Shown: positions 1-14,667, counted from the first letter of the whole stretch. The stretch: 63,942 nt of DNA, filler included, from Cercozoa sp. M6MM (GCA_040357565.1; 12 parts of 12 records of this genome joined end to end with filler, not necessarily neighbours in it); one strand, 5' to 3'. Notes: a model not told the origin generated them from the sequence alone. A program made the numbers and translations.

Positions 1-37
1 CTGCCCCCCCCCCACCCTTACCCCTCCCCTGCCCCAG

Positions 38-347
38 ATGGTGGATGCCGACGGTCGCAGTCTCGAGCGCGCTGTAACGGCGACAGCGCGGCTGTTGGGC
101 GGTGCTTTACCCCCCCCCTCCATTTTACCCCTCTAGTTTACCCCCTCCCCTGGCAGTATCGAAGCGATCGGTGCGACGCAGCGTGTGTCGCCGAGTGACG
201 GCGATTCCGTTTGCCGACTTGATGGAAAACAACAAGGCAGAAGGAAACAACAAAAACCAGGAAGAGGACCAGGAGGACGAGTATGACAGTCAGGTCACCA
301 TCGGCGCCAGCGACGACTCTTTCGACGATGACCTGCGACAGTACTAG
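38..347 (+). CDS. 3' end of a hypothetical protein with an acidic tail (last two exons)
   Basis: Exon MVDADGRSLERAVTATARLLG, then a C-rich GT-AG intron, then ...QEEDQEDEYDSQVTIGASDDSFDDDLRQY*. Confidence 0.6.
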
Positions 348-698
348 TCGCAACATGTACTGGTCTAGGGACACCCAACCGGAAGAATTACTCGTAACTC
401 ATTGATTGCTCGACACATCAGCAACTAAGTTTAGAGGAAGTGGAACTACTTGAACTACGAGCTACATTCAGTCGTAACACTTCTCCTTAAATACAGTGTC
501 TGTAAATTATGGTCCACCCGATGCGAAGCGGGCGATAGATTTCAGCCTTTTGCCCAGGACTGGTAGTACTACATGGCAACAACACAGCCGGCTCCTTCAG
601 TAGACTGAACTAACTAACTAGTTTCGGTTGGATTGAGGGGGGGGTCTTTGGCTGCTTGCCAAGTCTGTAGCAACCACCTTCGCAAGGCAGGCTTATGA

Positions 699-2013
699 TC
701 AGTTAAACCTGACGCCAGCAAGCACTTCACTCAGACGCTACACAGGAGACACGTGCACATGCATATGCGGTAATGTTCAATCGACTCTACCAGATCGTAG
801 GTGACAGTGGACGACGTGGCCGTCGTTTGCATCGATGTGCCTACCGGGGGGCAGGGGTCGGAGGTCAAGGTGTAGGGTTAAGGGGATAACGGAGCCCAGA
901 AGTACCTGCACCCGGAAGCTCCGCGAGCTTGGTCTCCTCGCCAAAAAACGTCGTCTCGATGCGTCCGTATGAAATGGCTAGGAGGGGTAGGGAGATAGGG
1001 GGTAGAAGGTAGGGGTAGAGGGGTAAGGAGGTAAGGGGTAAGGAGGTAAAGGGGGGGGGGTAAAGTTACAGAAGGACTCGACAATCTGGCCGGCAGGCCA
1101 GCGGCCACCACGGCGGTTCCTGGAAGAACCAGCACGCCTCGGGTCTTCATTCTCTTGCCCCTACAGGGAGGGGTATGGGGGTAATCTAGGGTAGCAATAT
1201 GGGAGGGGGTAAAGTGGGCTGTACAGAGGCACCGTTGGTCGAGAAGGACGTCAACGTGGCATTGTGCAGTCGGATACTCATCAACGACTCGTCCACTACC
1301 CCAAGGGGTGCCGCCCCCCCCCCCCCCCCCGCCCCCGCCCCAACAGGCCTACCATCATCCAGGTACAAAAACTCCATCTGCAAGAAGCCCGTGCCACCAG
1401 CGTCACTATGCATACATATAAGTATACATATAGACACAAACAAATAGACATACATATAAATATGTATATATGCATATGTGATAAGCTACGTCATCTCCTC
1501 GCTCTCACCCATCGGATCCGGCTCGTTCTGGCCGCGCTATGTGTAGGAGTAAGGGGCGGAAGGAGGAAGGGGGGTAAAGAAACACTACACGCTCAGCGGG
1601 CGTCAAGCCAGCGGCCGTGACATCCTTGCGCAGCACGCGACGCAAACCGGCCGACATCTGGGCGGGGGGGGGGGGGGGGAGGTAAAGGTGATAAAAAAGG
1701 GGGGGCCAGAAGACACAGAGGTGCGAGATACGATATAAGGCGAGGCGCCGTCCTGTACGTGCGTCACACTGACCTCGGACAGCGACGGGCGCGAGTTGCC
1801 CGAACGGCCAATGCCAAAGCTGAGCGAGGACACCGGGAAGTAGCCTTGCTCCTGTGCGTGACCAACAAAAAAGAATAAACATGACCTGCAAACATAGAAG
1901 ACACATAGTACCACCAGCTCCGGCGGCACCGGGTCGGACGTGTCCGGGCGCCGACTCGCGGCCTGCTGACCGATCTTCTCGTTGCCCACAAATCGCATCA
2001 AAATTCGACCCAT
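699..2013 (-). CDS. Hcp-like protein (type VI secretion tube / T6SS_HCP family), 10 exons, 237 aa
   Basis: Exons 2013-1912, 1851-1732, 1657-1589, 1536-1490, 1405-1353, 1295-1225, 1160-1070, 977-906, 840-791 and 737-699. All 9 introns are GTA..AG (52-92 nt) and the phases close to 714 nt. Protein motifs in Hcp order: ILMRF; YFPVSSLSFGIGRS; PSLSEVSVTHVQDGASPYI; LQMEFL; IRLHNATLTSFSTNG; ESFSISYGRIETTF; VTYDL. The last intron is the least certain; read-through would end YDLVESIEHYRICMCTCLLCSV*. Confidence 0.82.
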
Positions 2014-2480
2014 CTTGGTTTAAGGGATTTGGCAGCTCTAGGCGTTGCTCTTTTTTATCAGACTCTAGACTCTTGGCACAGCCACAAAGTTACAAGTTGC
2101 TGGGCTTGGAAAAATGTCGAAACGCGCTTGTTTCCTCTTATTTCCTCGCCACTGGCGCGAACGTTCCGTGACCGTTCCCTCCAGCCAGAATCAAGTCGGG
2201 TTGAAAAGCGCACTAGCTGACTCGAGACTAACTTTAATGTGGCGGTTTTCGAGCAACGTGTGGCTTAACAGCGTCTGCAATCAATCAAATGGGAATATGG
2301 ACTCAAATTGAAACTGACTCGGGGGGACAGGGGGATGTCTACCACGCAGTGTCGAGGCACGCCGTGTACGCGTAGCGGCAACACGCACCCGATCGGCGGA
2401 CGGGTCGATACGTGTACTGGGCGGCGAGTCCAACATGTCGCTTGTGACACGCTCCACTGCACTTACATGCGAGTAGGGTA

Positions 2481-2580
2481 NNNNNNNNNNNNNNNNNNNN
2501 NNNNNNNNNNNNNNNNNNNNNNNNTTAATTAATTAANNNNNNNNNNNNNNNNNNNNNNNNNNNNNNNNNNNNNNNNNNNN
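2481..2580. other. Artificial contig spacer N44-TTAATTAATTAA-N44 (first of 11; others at 5209, 7938, 16973, 28088, 39119, 41845, 45468, 49185, 52586, 56460)
   Basis: Identical 100-nt block with stop codons in all six frames. Genes are truncated at the spacers. Confidence 0.97.
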
Positions 2581-2599
2581 GTAGGGAGGGAATAGAGCT

Positions 2600-5195
<2,596 letters not shown>

Positions 5196-5473
5196 ACACA
5201 CACACACANNNNNNNNNNNNNNNNNNNNNNNNNNNNNNNNNNNNNNNNNNNNTTAATTAATTAANNNNNNNNNNNNNNNNNNNNNNNNNNNNNNNNNNNN
5301 NNNNNNNNATATATATATATATCTGTGTATATATACATATATATATAAATAGACTCATATAATATCTATATGTAATACACCCATATACAATCTAGATACA
5401 AAATAACTATATATAGATATACATATATATATAGATATAGAGATATATATACACATAGAAGTATATAGGCGCA

Positions 5474-7640
5474 CCGGGTCGAGCGCGCAGGCGCGCCAGT
5501 GTCCGCCGACGGCGTGCGTCTCCGAGTCAGTGTCGAGCAGTCCGTCGCGCACGGCCGGGTACTGCTCGGCCAGCTGTCGCGCCGCCAGCACGCAGGCCAG
5601 CGAGGCCGGCGACGGCACCTGCAGCGCCAGCGACAGCAGCGCCTTGCTGAACGAGCGCACGCGGTCCACCGGCGCCTGCTGCTTGCGTTGCTGTCCAACA
5701 CAGACATTACTTACATAATTATATATCTACATATACAATAGCACATATATAATAGTATATCCAGTATAATATATATACTCCAGACACCCAGACACGTAGA
5801 ATAGAAAAGATACCAAGAAGAGCATGGTCACAACATCGAGGAGCAGCGGAACGCAGTCCCAGTGCCGCGGCAGCAGCACCTGCGGCAACACGGCAAAGGC
5901 CGCCGCCGCCAGTTCGTGCTCGTCGCGATCGACGCCGAGCAGGTCGGCCTCCTGCGCCGTCAGTGTGCTCAGCACGGCCTTGATGCACAGCAGCACGTTG
6001 TGCGCGTCCACTGTGCTGCCCGTGCGACTGCTGTTGCTGGAGATGTTGCTACTGCTGGAGATGTTGCTACTGTTGGAGAGGCTGCTGTTGGAGGTGTCCG
6101 ACGACAGCAGCGCGTCCACGGCGTCGGCGTCGGCGACGTTGAAGGCCGAGAGACGCACCACCTGGCGCAGGCACGTCGTCACGGCCAGCGCCATCTCCGT
6201 GTCCAGCAGACGCGCGAACTGCGCCACGCCCTCCAGCGCCGTCGGCAGCAGCGCCGAGCGACTCATCTGCGGCGACTTGAGGATGCGCAGCAGTGCCTGT
6301 CCCGCCCAAACAAAGTAAACACCAGAGTATACACAGATACACATCCAAAGAATCAAGGCATAAATTGTGTCAGTAGAAATGGGGTGGGGGGGGGGGGGGG
6401 TAAAGGGGGGGGTAAAGAGGGGGGTAAAGAGAGACAGCGCCTACCGAGAACACGTGGTTGAGCACCTCGACGTGCACGCGGCGCAGCTCGTCGGCGGCGT
6501 GCTCTGTCTCGGCGGCGCGCAGCGTGCGCGTCACGTCGCGCATCACGGCATCGGCGCCCTGTCACTCAGAGTGACCACATGATCGCACATCACCAGTGAC
6601 CACCCCGAGTGATCGATCATTGTTCGATCACACTGACACACAGACACACAGACACTGATCTACCTGCTTGGCGAGCTCGCGCTGGCGGCGACGTTCCTTC
6701 GCCTTTTGCTTCTGCTGCGCCTTCTTGCTGTACACACACACAAGTATCAGAACGACCACTAGTGATCGATCAGAATGACTAGTGATCGATCAAAGTGACC
6801 ATGTGGCCGATCAAAGTACCTCACGGCAGCCTTCTGGAGGTTCACCTCGCGTCGCTGCGCCAGTCGTCGGTCCACACCTGTCGGAACAGGTCACTCAGTG
6901 GTCACGTGTGGTCACACTCAGTGGGTCACGTGGTCACTCAGTGGGTTGGTCACTCAGTGGGTCACGTGTGGTCACAGTAGGGCAGCGTACCGGTGGACTG
7001 CTCGGTCAGCGGCAGACTCAGCAGGATGCGCAGTGCGCGCGGACTCATGCCTCTGCCCAGTGAGACCATGTGTGCCCACTCACTCAGATGACCACTCAGG
7101 TGACCACTCAGATGACCACTCAGGTGACCACTCAGGTCAGGTGACCACATACCGCATGTCGTTGGAGTCGCAGGTCCTCTTGATGCGCGCATCCAGCACA
7201 CGCACCACCTCGAGTGCCACCTTGCCGGTCGTGTCGCTCGACACCAGCGACTCCAGCGTCGCGCTGTGCTCGCAGACACAGTCTTACCCCCCCTCTCCCT
7301 GTCTTACCCCCCCCCCCCCTCCCTGTCTTTCCCCCCCACCTCCCCCTGTCTTACCCCCCACCTCTCCCTGTCTTACCCCCTCCCCCCNNNNNNNNNNNNN
7401 NNNNNNNNNNNNNNNNNNNNNNNNNNNNNNNNNNNNNNNNNNNNNNNNNNNNNNNNNNNNNNNNNNNNNNNNNNNNNNNNNNNNNNNCCCCCTGTCTTAC
7501 CCCCCACCTCTCCCTGTCTTACCCCCTCCCCCCTCCACCAGAGGAAGCGTGTACCAGCACTCCTCCGAGATCTCGCCACTCGGGTCCGTCTGCTTGGGCA
7601 GTGCCATCCTGTCCTCTCGAAAGTGCCATATCTTTCTTTG
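5474..7640 (-). CDS. NOC3: Nucleolar complex protein 3 homolog (CBF/Mak21 region), partial, multi-exon
   Basis: ALLRILKSPQMSRSALLPTALEGVAQFARLLD and DRVRSFSKALLSLALQ...QYPAVRDGLLDTDSE...ALDP match conserved NOC3 blocks. Confidence 0.8.
6890..7150. repeat. Intronic CAGTGGTCAC / GTGACCACTCAG minisatellite
   Basis: 12-bp units CACTCAG(A/G)TGAC at 7081-7140 and reverse-oriented variants at 6890-6976. Related units at about 3990-4030 and 4890-4965. Confidence 0.8.
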
Positions 7641-8043
7641 TAGATATGGTTATATATACATATATATATAGATACATATATAGATAGATATACAAATATA
7701 GATATATATACACACATATATGGACTAAAATATATACACTTATGGACTACACACATATATATAAACAACAATATACACATATATATAATATATACAATAA
7801 TATACACATAAAATTTATATTTATACATAAACATAACATCTATATCCAATAATACCTACTAGATATATACAATATACATATAATATATATATACACATAT
7901 ATATATATATACAAATATATATATATATATATATATANNNNNNNNNNNNNNNNNNNNNNNNNNNNNNNNNNNNNNNNNNNNTTAATTAATTAANNNNNNN
8001 NNNNNNNNNNNNNNNNNNNNNNNNNNNNNNNNNNNNNGTGCCT

Positions 8044-8108
<65 letters not shown>

Positions 8109-8139
8109 ACCACCACCACCACCCTTCTCGGTACTAAAG

Positions 8140-11000
8140 GTCGAACAAGGCCTGCGCTCGTCGATGAAGGACGAAGAAGCGCGAAACGAGTTTCTGCTTT
8201 CGCTTTCGGCTGCCATCGACGGTAATGACTTCCTTCTTCCCCCCTTTACCCTGCCTTGCTTCCACCCTTACCTTCTGCCTCTGTAGTTTTCGATGAGTCG
8301 GCGCACAAGGCAGCCGCGGATCTGGCGAGACACAAGTACACATGCAGCAATCTATGGAGAAGGGGATATAGAGGGTACTTTTTGTGTGTCCATAGTGAGA
8401 CACGCAACCAACTGAAGGACCAGTACTCAGGCTTGTTGTCGGTATGCTTTCTTCATATAGCACCCATACCTTAATTTGTGTGTTTGTGGTTTGTGTACCT
8501 GATTTTTGTGCGAATGCGCAGCGGCAACGGCAGTACTTTGGCGCGCTGCACGACTTCCGTCGGGAGTGCCTGCGCAATGAGCGACTGCTGGAGGCACTGG
8601 CCAAGTGGCGCGACCTGGCACAGCAGCGCCAGGCCGATGACCTTGTTGCCAAGTGCGACGCCGCGCCCTAAGGTCTGTCTCAATGGCGAACTGTTACGTT
8701 ATCGCCTGACTTACCGATCGGACCTTTCACGTCATTATCTTGGTTCCGATAATATCTGGTTAGGCGGCAAGTTTGCCGTTCAGGTCCATACTGCTTTTGA
8801 GCCGCTATTTTGGCGTGTAAATACTGTTTTTAGTGTTTTGCTCCACAAATCTTGCGCTAATGTCGGCGGTACGATCCTTGTAGCAAACTATTTTTGGGGT
8901 TGCGTTTTTTTGCTTCTGTCTGAGCAATCGACGGTACGGAGTCAGCTTTCGTTGTGTGATGCAGAAACTCCAGGACTGGCAGGAAATGTTCGCCAACGTT
9001 CCTCCCGAGCACGTGAGCGGTGTTCTCCTTCGCAACGTTGGCGCGAGCGATGCAGTAATTGCGCAGTGCTTGGTCGCTGCAGGCGAGCTGCAGTGCGGTA
9101 GGACAAAACAAGCTCATGCTTGGTCCACATTTTTATAGATGCATATAGAGGCAGAGAGCAGCTCCGCAGAGGAGACTGCGGAGGAGTGTGCGCGAGTGGC
9201 GCTGTCGCTGCTGCCGTGGAAGTACGAGTTCGTGGCCAACTCGGCCGCTTCTTCTGCTCTCTCGCGCGTGGACTGGATGCGCACAGTGGACGGAATTCTC
9301 CAGCAACTGCGCCAACAGTGTGCAAACAACTACCGTAAGATCGTACTTAGCACTTGAACCTTTTCGTTTGATAGCACTGTACGGTCTTACTGTATCGGTG
9401 TAGCCTCGGTGGTGAAGACGTTGCGAATGATTGTCATAAATGCGCAAAATAACGCGTTAAAGCGACGAATCCACATCAACAGTGACCGATTGTCTTTTGA
9501 TACTGGACACCACTTTGTTCTGCTCAGTTAATTCATCTGTGGTGCCGCGCAGAGTTCAACGCGCGTATGAATTCCTTCCCCGCAGCACAAGACTTTCTGT
9601 CACTCTGCGGCTTCTGTCGGAATGAAAAGTTCGTTGATGTCCCAATGCAAAGTCGAGATGCATGTTTAAATGTGCAGATTCTTGGAACTGATGGACACCC
9701 AGCTGCTACCAAAAGCGATGCGTGTTCTTGACCAAGAGTTGATGTCAATCGCGCTGGATTCGAGTCCTCGTGTCAGACGTTTCGACCCGTTGCAGTTGTA
9801 CTTCAGATATCACTGTCCTTGTTTGTTGCTGCCGCTTTCCCGACGACTGTGCAACATGCCAGATCAAAGACCGGTCGGCGAAGGTTGATTGAAGAACCGC
9901 TTTCTCCGCCGAAACCAAAAAAACTGTCACGCAGCGAAATGGCAGATGTTGCTGAGCGTCGCTTACGTGGTACCTTGTGTTTCTAGTCTACCTCTTCGTA
10001 TGTTCCATTCTTGTGATTTTGTGGCTGAGACCTGTTGTTTTCACAAGGCGTCGCGTCGGAAAGCAGTTCTCTGTTGACGTGGAAGCAGCAGCTGTGCGAA
10101 TCAAAGGACGCTTCTGCTGTAGTTTCACACCTCAGAGTCTCCGGTGGGTTCTTTCGTTTGTGACATATTTGAGTCTGCATGCAGTGGAGCAACACGCAGG
10201 AGTGTCGAAGTCGCGAGTTGACGTTTAACGAGTTGCACCTTCTTTCACAACGCAGCGTGTGCGTTTTCTTTTTCTCTGTTTTAGAAACTACCAACAGACT
10301 TGGTTGTGATTAGAACGAGCGATTTGGTGTCCATGCTCAACACTGTTCGTTCGGGCATGTTCTTGGAAGAGCATCCCGCACTGTCTGCTCTTGCTGGTAC
10401 CTTTCCTTTCTTATCCATCGACGATTAAAATTTTTAAGTACTTTCATGGCGTATTACATTCTCCAGAGAAACAAGCATCCAAGCTGCTGTCTAAAGAGTC
10501 GCTACTGACGCCTTTGGATGCGTCGGAGCAGTTGCACGTACTGTGTCTGCAACAGGAAGCACTGTCGCGACTTGCGTCGGTTGCACTCATCGCAGTTACA
10601 ACCGCAGGGTTTCCGGACTGATATTCCAATTTGAAGTTTCGATGTGGCTTGCGTGTGTTACTGAAGGTTCGACGATGACAATCTCGAAAGACAGGCGGTG
10701 TTTGAAGCATTGTTCCAGTCGCCTTTGCATCGCGTTTGCTTGTAAATATCAATAACTCGTTCGTCCATACCCTTTGCCGTTTCACTGATGTCTCTGTTGC
10801 TGCAGACTGTGTCCTCAGTACACGCATGTCGGAAGCGCACGTGCACTGAGCCGAGCTGACGCCGAGTACGAGCAGCGGGATGTCTGCACTGTCTTTGTGC
10901 TTGCTCGGTGGGTGGACAACAACTGAACAATCCGATCGGCCTCAGGACAGACGAGAGCCATTTCAGCGATAAAACTCTCGTACCCTTGTGGATTAGCTGA
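8140..11000 (+). CDS. Multi-exon hypothetical protein with a possible CUE-like motif, 5'-truncated
   Basis: Series of GT-AG-bounded coding exons. LQDWQEMFANVPPEHVSGVLLRNVG resembles CUE (MFP...L). Boundaries are approximate. Confidence 0.5.
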
Positions 11001-11208
11001 GCCCACGATCTTTACTTGTTTGAGTACGGTAGGTCGTGGATGTCGCAGTGACGGGCTGGGAGCCCAGGCGATATTGTAGATGTGATAGATAGTACTGACT
11101 AGTCAGAACAACTGAAATAGTCATTTCAGTTGGATTTGGCCGAAGCGAAGAGGATACTGGACTGTACAGTATGTCACATCGTGGCTTCAGTTCGTATTGA
11201 TGTATCGA

Positions 11209-13749
11209 TCATCGAACCTCAATGTGACGCCGCCCGAGTTTCGCAATCAACTTACGGCAACGCTTGTTTCCCAGTTGAGCAGCACGTGCCATGTGAAGCA
11301 GAGCGAGGCTCCGACATGGCACAATAATCAAAGAGGTAGCGTCCATAGTGTCGTCGGGCAAGCTTGATATTGTGTACATACGTGCAAGTAGCTCATGTGC
11401 CCGAGATCGAATGCGCCGATTACGAGGGTTTGAGAGTCGCTCGACTACCCGCACGAGATCACAAAAACTGCTGAGCCGCGCTTGCGGGTTGTTTTCCGGT
11501 AACAATAGCATGCGTAGCTCGGCACGACGGAGCAGTGCGGCAGAATCACCGCCACTCAACCAGACTGCTCGATCCACCAATGCATATGCTCGGGCCAGAT
11601 CTGCGTTGTCCTTCTCCACCACGAGCGATAGATTAAGCAGAGCAGGAACATAATTCGCTTCCGTCGCCTGTTCGAGGAATGATCTCGCTTCTTTCTTCCT
11701 GCGGCCAGCTTCGTCGATGACTCCAACACTACTTCGGTGGCCTGGAGGGCGTTCCTTCGCCTCTAAGGAAACGCAATGTGTCTTCTTTGCCGGTTGTTGC
11801 GAAAGCAACAAAACGGCAAGATTGTTTTTTGCTTCGGCATTGCTGTCATTGCAGTCCCTGAGCAAGGCTTCGGCAATCGTTTCGCACCGCACCGTTATGT
11901 CAGTTTCCGAATCCACTGCACGCAAGCATAGCTAGATCGCAAGTCGGCCTTTGCAATTCAAGGGTACCTTTAAAGTGGGCGTTTGGTATTGATGAACACG
12001 TTCTCACGTGAGACATCAGGTTACTTTGAGGCAAGGTGAGTAGCATGCCAGACAATGCGATGCGGCTGCAGTCGTGTCCGGCTTCAGCGGCCACGCGAAG
12101 CATTGCAAGCTGCATGTTCAATCCAACTCATTGACAGGAACGAAATTGTGAACAATTTACTGCGGCGAGGTGAGCGACGTGTGACCGTGTCTCCAAAACT
12201 GAGGCGGGCAGCAGTTGAGATGGTTGAGAAAACTTAGATATTGACTGCGTCCATCGCGCAAATTCGGTCCAGGCAAAGTCCTGCACAATTTCCCAAGTCT
12301 TCTCGTCGTCCACGACATCTCTTTCAAAATCAACTGTGATCTTTCGCGTTCGGCGTCGCATACTAGCGGAAGCGTAATTCAAAGGCGGCCAAAGTAAGCG
12401 AGCGCATCGATAGTGAGCTGAAACAGCTCCGGCAGCAGCGCTTCGAGCAAAAAGTCGTAGTGCGGTGCCATGTTCTCGACGTTCTTCGCAAGCATTGGCT
12501 AATGACGCGAGAGCTGTTGGGGCACCAAGCTCGGCTGCCCGGGAGTACAAAGCTTCGGCAGCCTCCCGGTCTTGCGATACTCCATGTCCAAACCAAAGAC
12601 GATCAGCTGCAAGGAGTAAGGACTCTGCGTCGGTGTCCTGTGCCAGCTGCTCCTCGCTCTTGGTATGGGAAGTCGTTACAGTGTCAGAGTCAGTTTGCAC
12701 ACGATCTGCAGATTTCAGTTGTTCCGCTATTGACGACCGTCTTCTTTCGCCATGGCGACCACCTTCTTCTTTCTGTGCTAGTGCTAGCTCGTCTTCCGCA
12801 GCGCACAGTGCTGGTACACCAAGTTGAGTTGCCACCGGGGAAATGGTTTTGAGCAAATAATTTATGTCGTATAATTTTACGGTACTGTACCAAGAGCGAT
12901 AGAACGACGTCGCTTTGACAAATCAGTGGGAACAGGCTCAGATGCGTCGGTATTGTCAAAGCGAGTTGTGCTGATGTGTTGGTCTTGCGGAATTTTACCC
13001 ATCTTGGATGCCATAAGAGACGCTCGCGCCGATTCTATCACGAGCGATCGACGCAAGTTCCGAACGTCACGCGAAGTTCTCCTTCGAAGTGATGCTACAG
13101 CCGCTGCTGTTTCGAGAGCTTGTGTCGCTGATACAACTTCGCTAACCGCAGCGGATACCTTGTTGCCAAACTTGCTCGACCGTCTCCACTTGGTTTTGAG
13201 CGCTGCTTCCAGGGTTTCGCACACCAATATTAGGGACGTTTCTGCTCGTTTGATTTGGCGATGCACTATCTTTGAGGCTGACTTTCCCTCTCGTTCCCCG
13301 ATTTGATTCCTGCTTTCCGATCTCAGAGACTTTCGCAGCTCAGTCCCACTATGGAAGGTGAGTGTGTGCTTCAACGGCTTGTCGCCTCGCATGCCGGAAG
13401 CTGACTCGCGCAGTGCCAGCACGAGCCTGCTGCGATTGGCTTCAAGAGAGTCGACGAGATCTGAAGCGCACCTACGAAGTGCCAGTGATTCGGCAAGTTT
13501 CTCCTCTCTTGAAGCGAGGTCCAACGTTCTCTTTGCCAATCTTTCCAAGTGAAAGATTGTATGGTGCGCCTCGACGTCTTCACTTGCAGCTTTCAGTTGT
13601 GCTTTCCGCGTTTCCTTTGGACTCGCCTTGAGCACGTTGTTCCAATTGCGCTCGCGACTCGGAAGAGAGGACAAGGACTCAGCTTGACTGCTTACATCTG
13701 CATCTTCTTCAGCGTACACCTGAAGCACAGTTTTCTCGTCAGTTGGCAT
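11209..13749 (-). CDS. Sel1-like repeat protein with a coiled-coil N-terminus
   Basis: LWFGHGVSQDREAAEALYSRAAELG, ALRLFARSAAAGAVSAHYRCARL and AEAKNNLAVL are Sel1-type repeats in three long exonic ORFs. Confidence 0.8.
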
Positions 13750-14667
13750 CGTACCACTTGTCTTGTGCTAGAGCTGCGCACCGACAACTGGAAAAGAGGT
13801 GTGAGTCACACGAAGACTTGAATGTCGGTGTCAATCCTTAAAAATACAAAAAAGTAGAGAAACTCTGTTTTCAAAAGAAAATGCGGTGCCCCACAAGGTA
13901 TGAAGATTCAGACCATCTAGCTTTGCTCCTTCGAGCTTGCAGAACGACTCGGCAGCGCTTTTCAGTTTGTTCTTTACCGTCATGGTAGGGACATTATATT
14001 TTAAACGCACATACGGTATGTTTGCCGATCCGAGTGTGATAAGCTTCAGTTCAGGGTGACTTCGCTTCGCGAATCGGAAAAACTCCGAGAATCGGGGAAA
14101 AACTACGTTTCTGGAAGGGTTTTCCGAAACGCACAACACCGTAGACACACAAGCAAGAGAGGCACACACGTTCATCTTCGCGGTCGTGTACTCGTGTGTA
14201 TTACGCAACTATCACGGCACCAGAGAAATACTCGCAACCATCTGGGCGAGGCTCGCGACTCATAAAAAAGACAAGCGAAGTGAAAAAGCTCGTCACTCTC
14301 ATTAGAGAACTCGGCACGTGCGCACCTCAGGCGTCTTCGAGCGACCGAAGGCCACGTACGAGCCATTCAGCTACCAGTTATCGCGCGGTAGCAAGGAACC
14401 TACGGGACTTGTACACGCGGCGAACTGTCTCCGATTATTCGGCCTTTGGTATCCTTTTGACTTTTTGGTCAATTTCCGGGAGCCTTATTGCCGAGCGCAT
14501 TGGTCGTGGGCGGTTCTCTACGCTGCTTTTGAGCTATACATTGGCTTGCGCATCGAGTGCGCGTGCCTGACCACTCATTTGTTTCTTGTTTGTTTGTGGA
14601 GGTCGGGGCATTCTTTCACGAATTCAGATTTCGGATTTTATTGGTAAATAGAGTTGCTTTTGTGTAG

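Noticed and set aside
699-2013. Bacterial contamination or a T6SS operon as the source of the Hcp-like gene
   Set aside because: It has nine spliceosomal introns in host style and a eukaryote-style neighbour. No other T6SS gene is recognisable in the window.
2280-2458. Possible last exons of a minus-strand gene upstream of the Hcp-like gene
   Set aside because: The stretch looks coding, but the frame and product cannot be resolved from this fragment, so it was not called.
2525-2536. Recurrent palindrome TTAATTAATTAA as a biological element
   Set aside because: It is always centred in exactly 44+44 N, so it is an artificial six-frame-stop contig linker. No gene-cluster inference across linkers is valid.
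7081-7140. CRISPR-like array
   Set aside because: These are head-to-tail 12-bp units with no unique spacers, inside a eukaryotic intron.
8660-8680. In-frame TAA suggesting a reassigned stop codon
   Set aside because: It can be explained by an intron donor just upstream. Conserved genes end normally in TAA or TAG, and the three tRNAs have ordinary anticodons.
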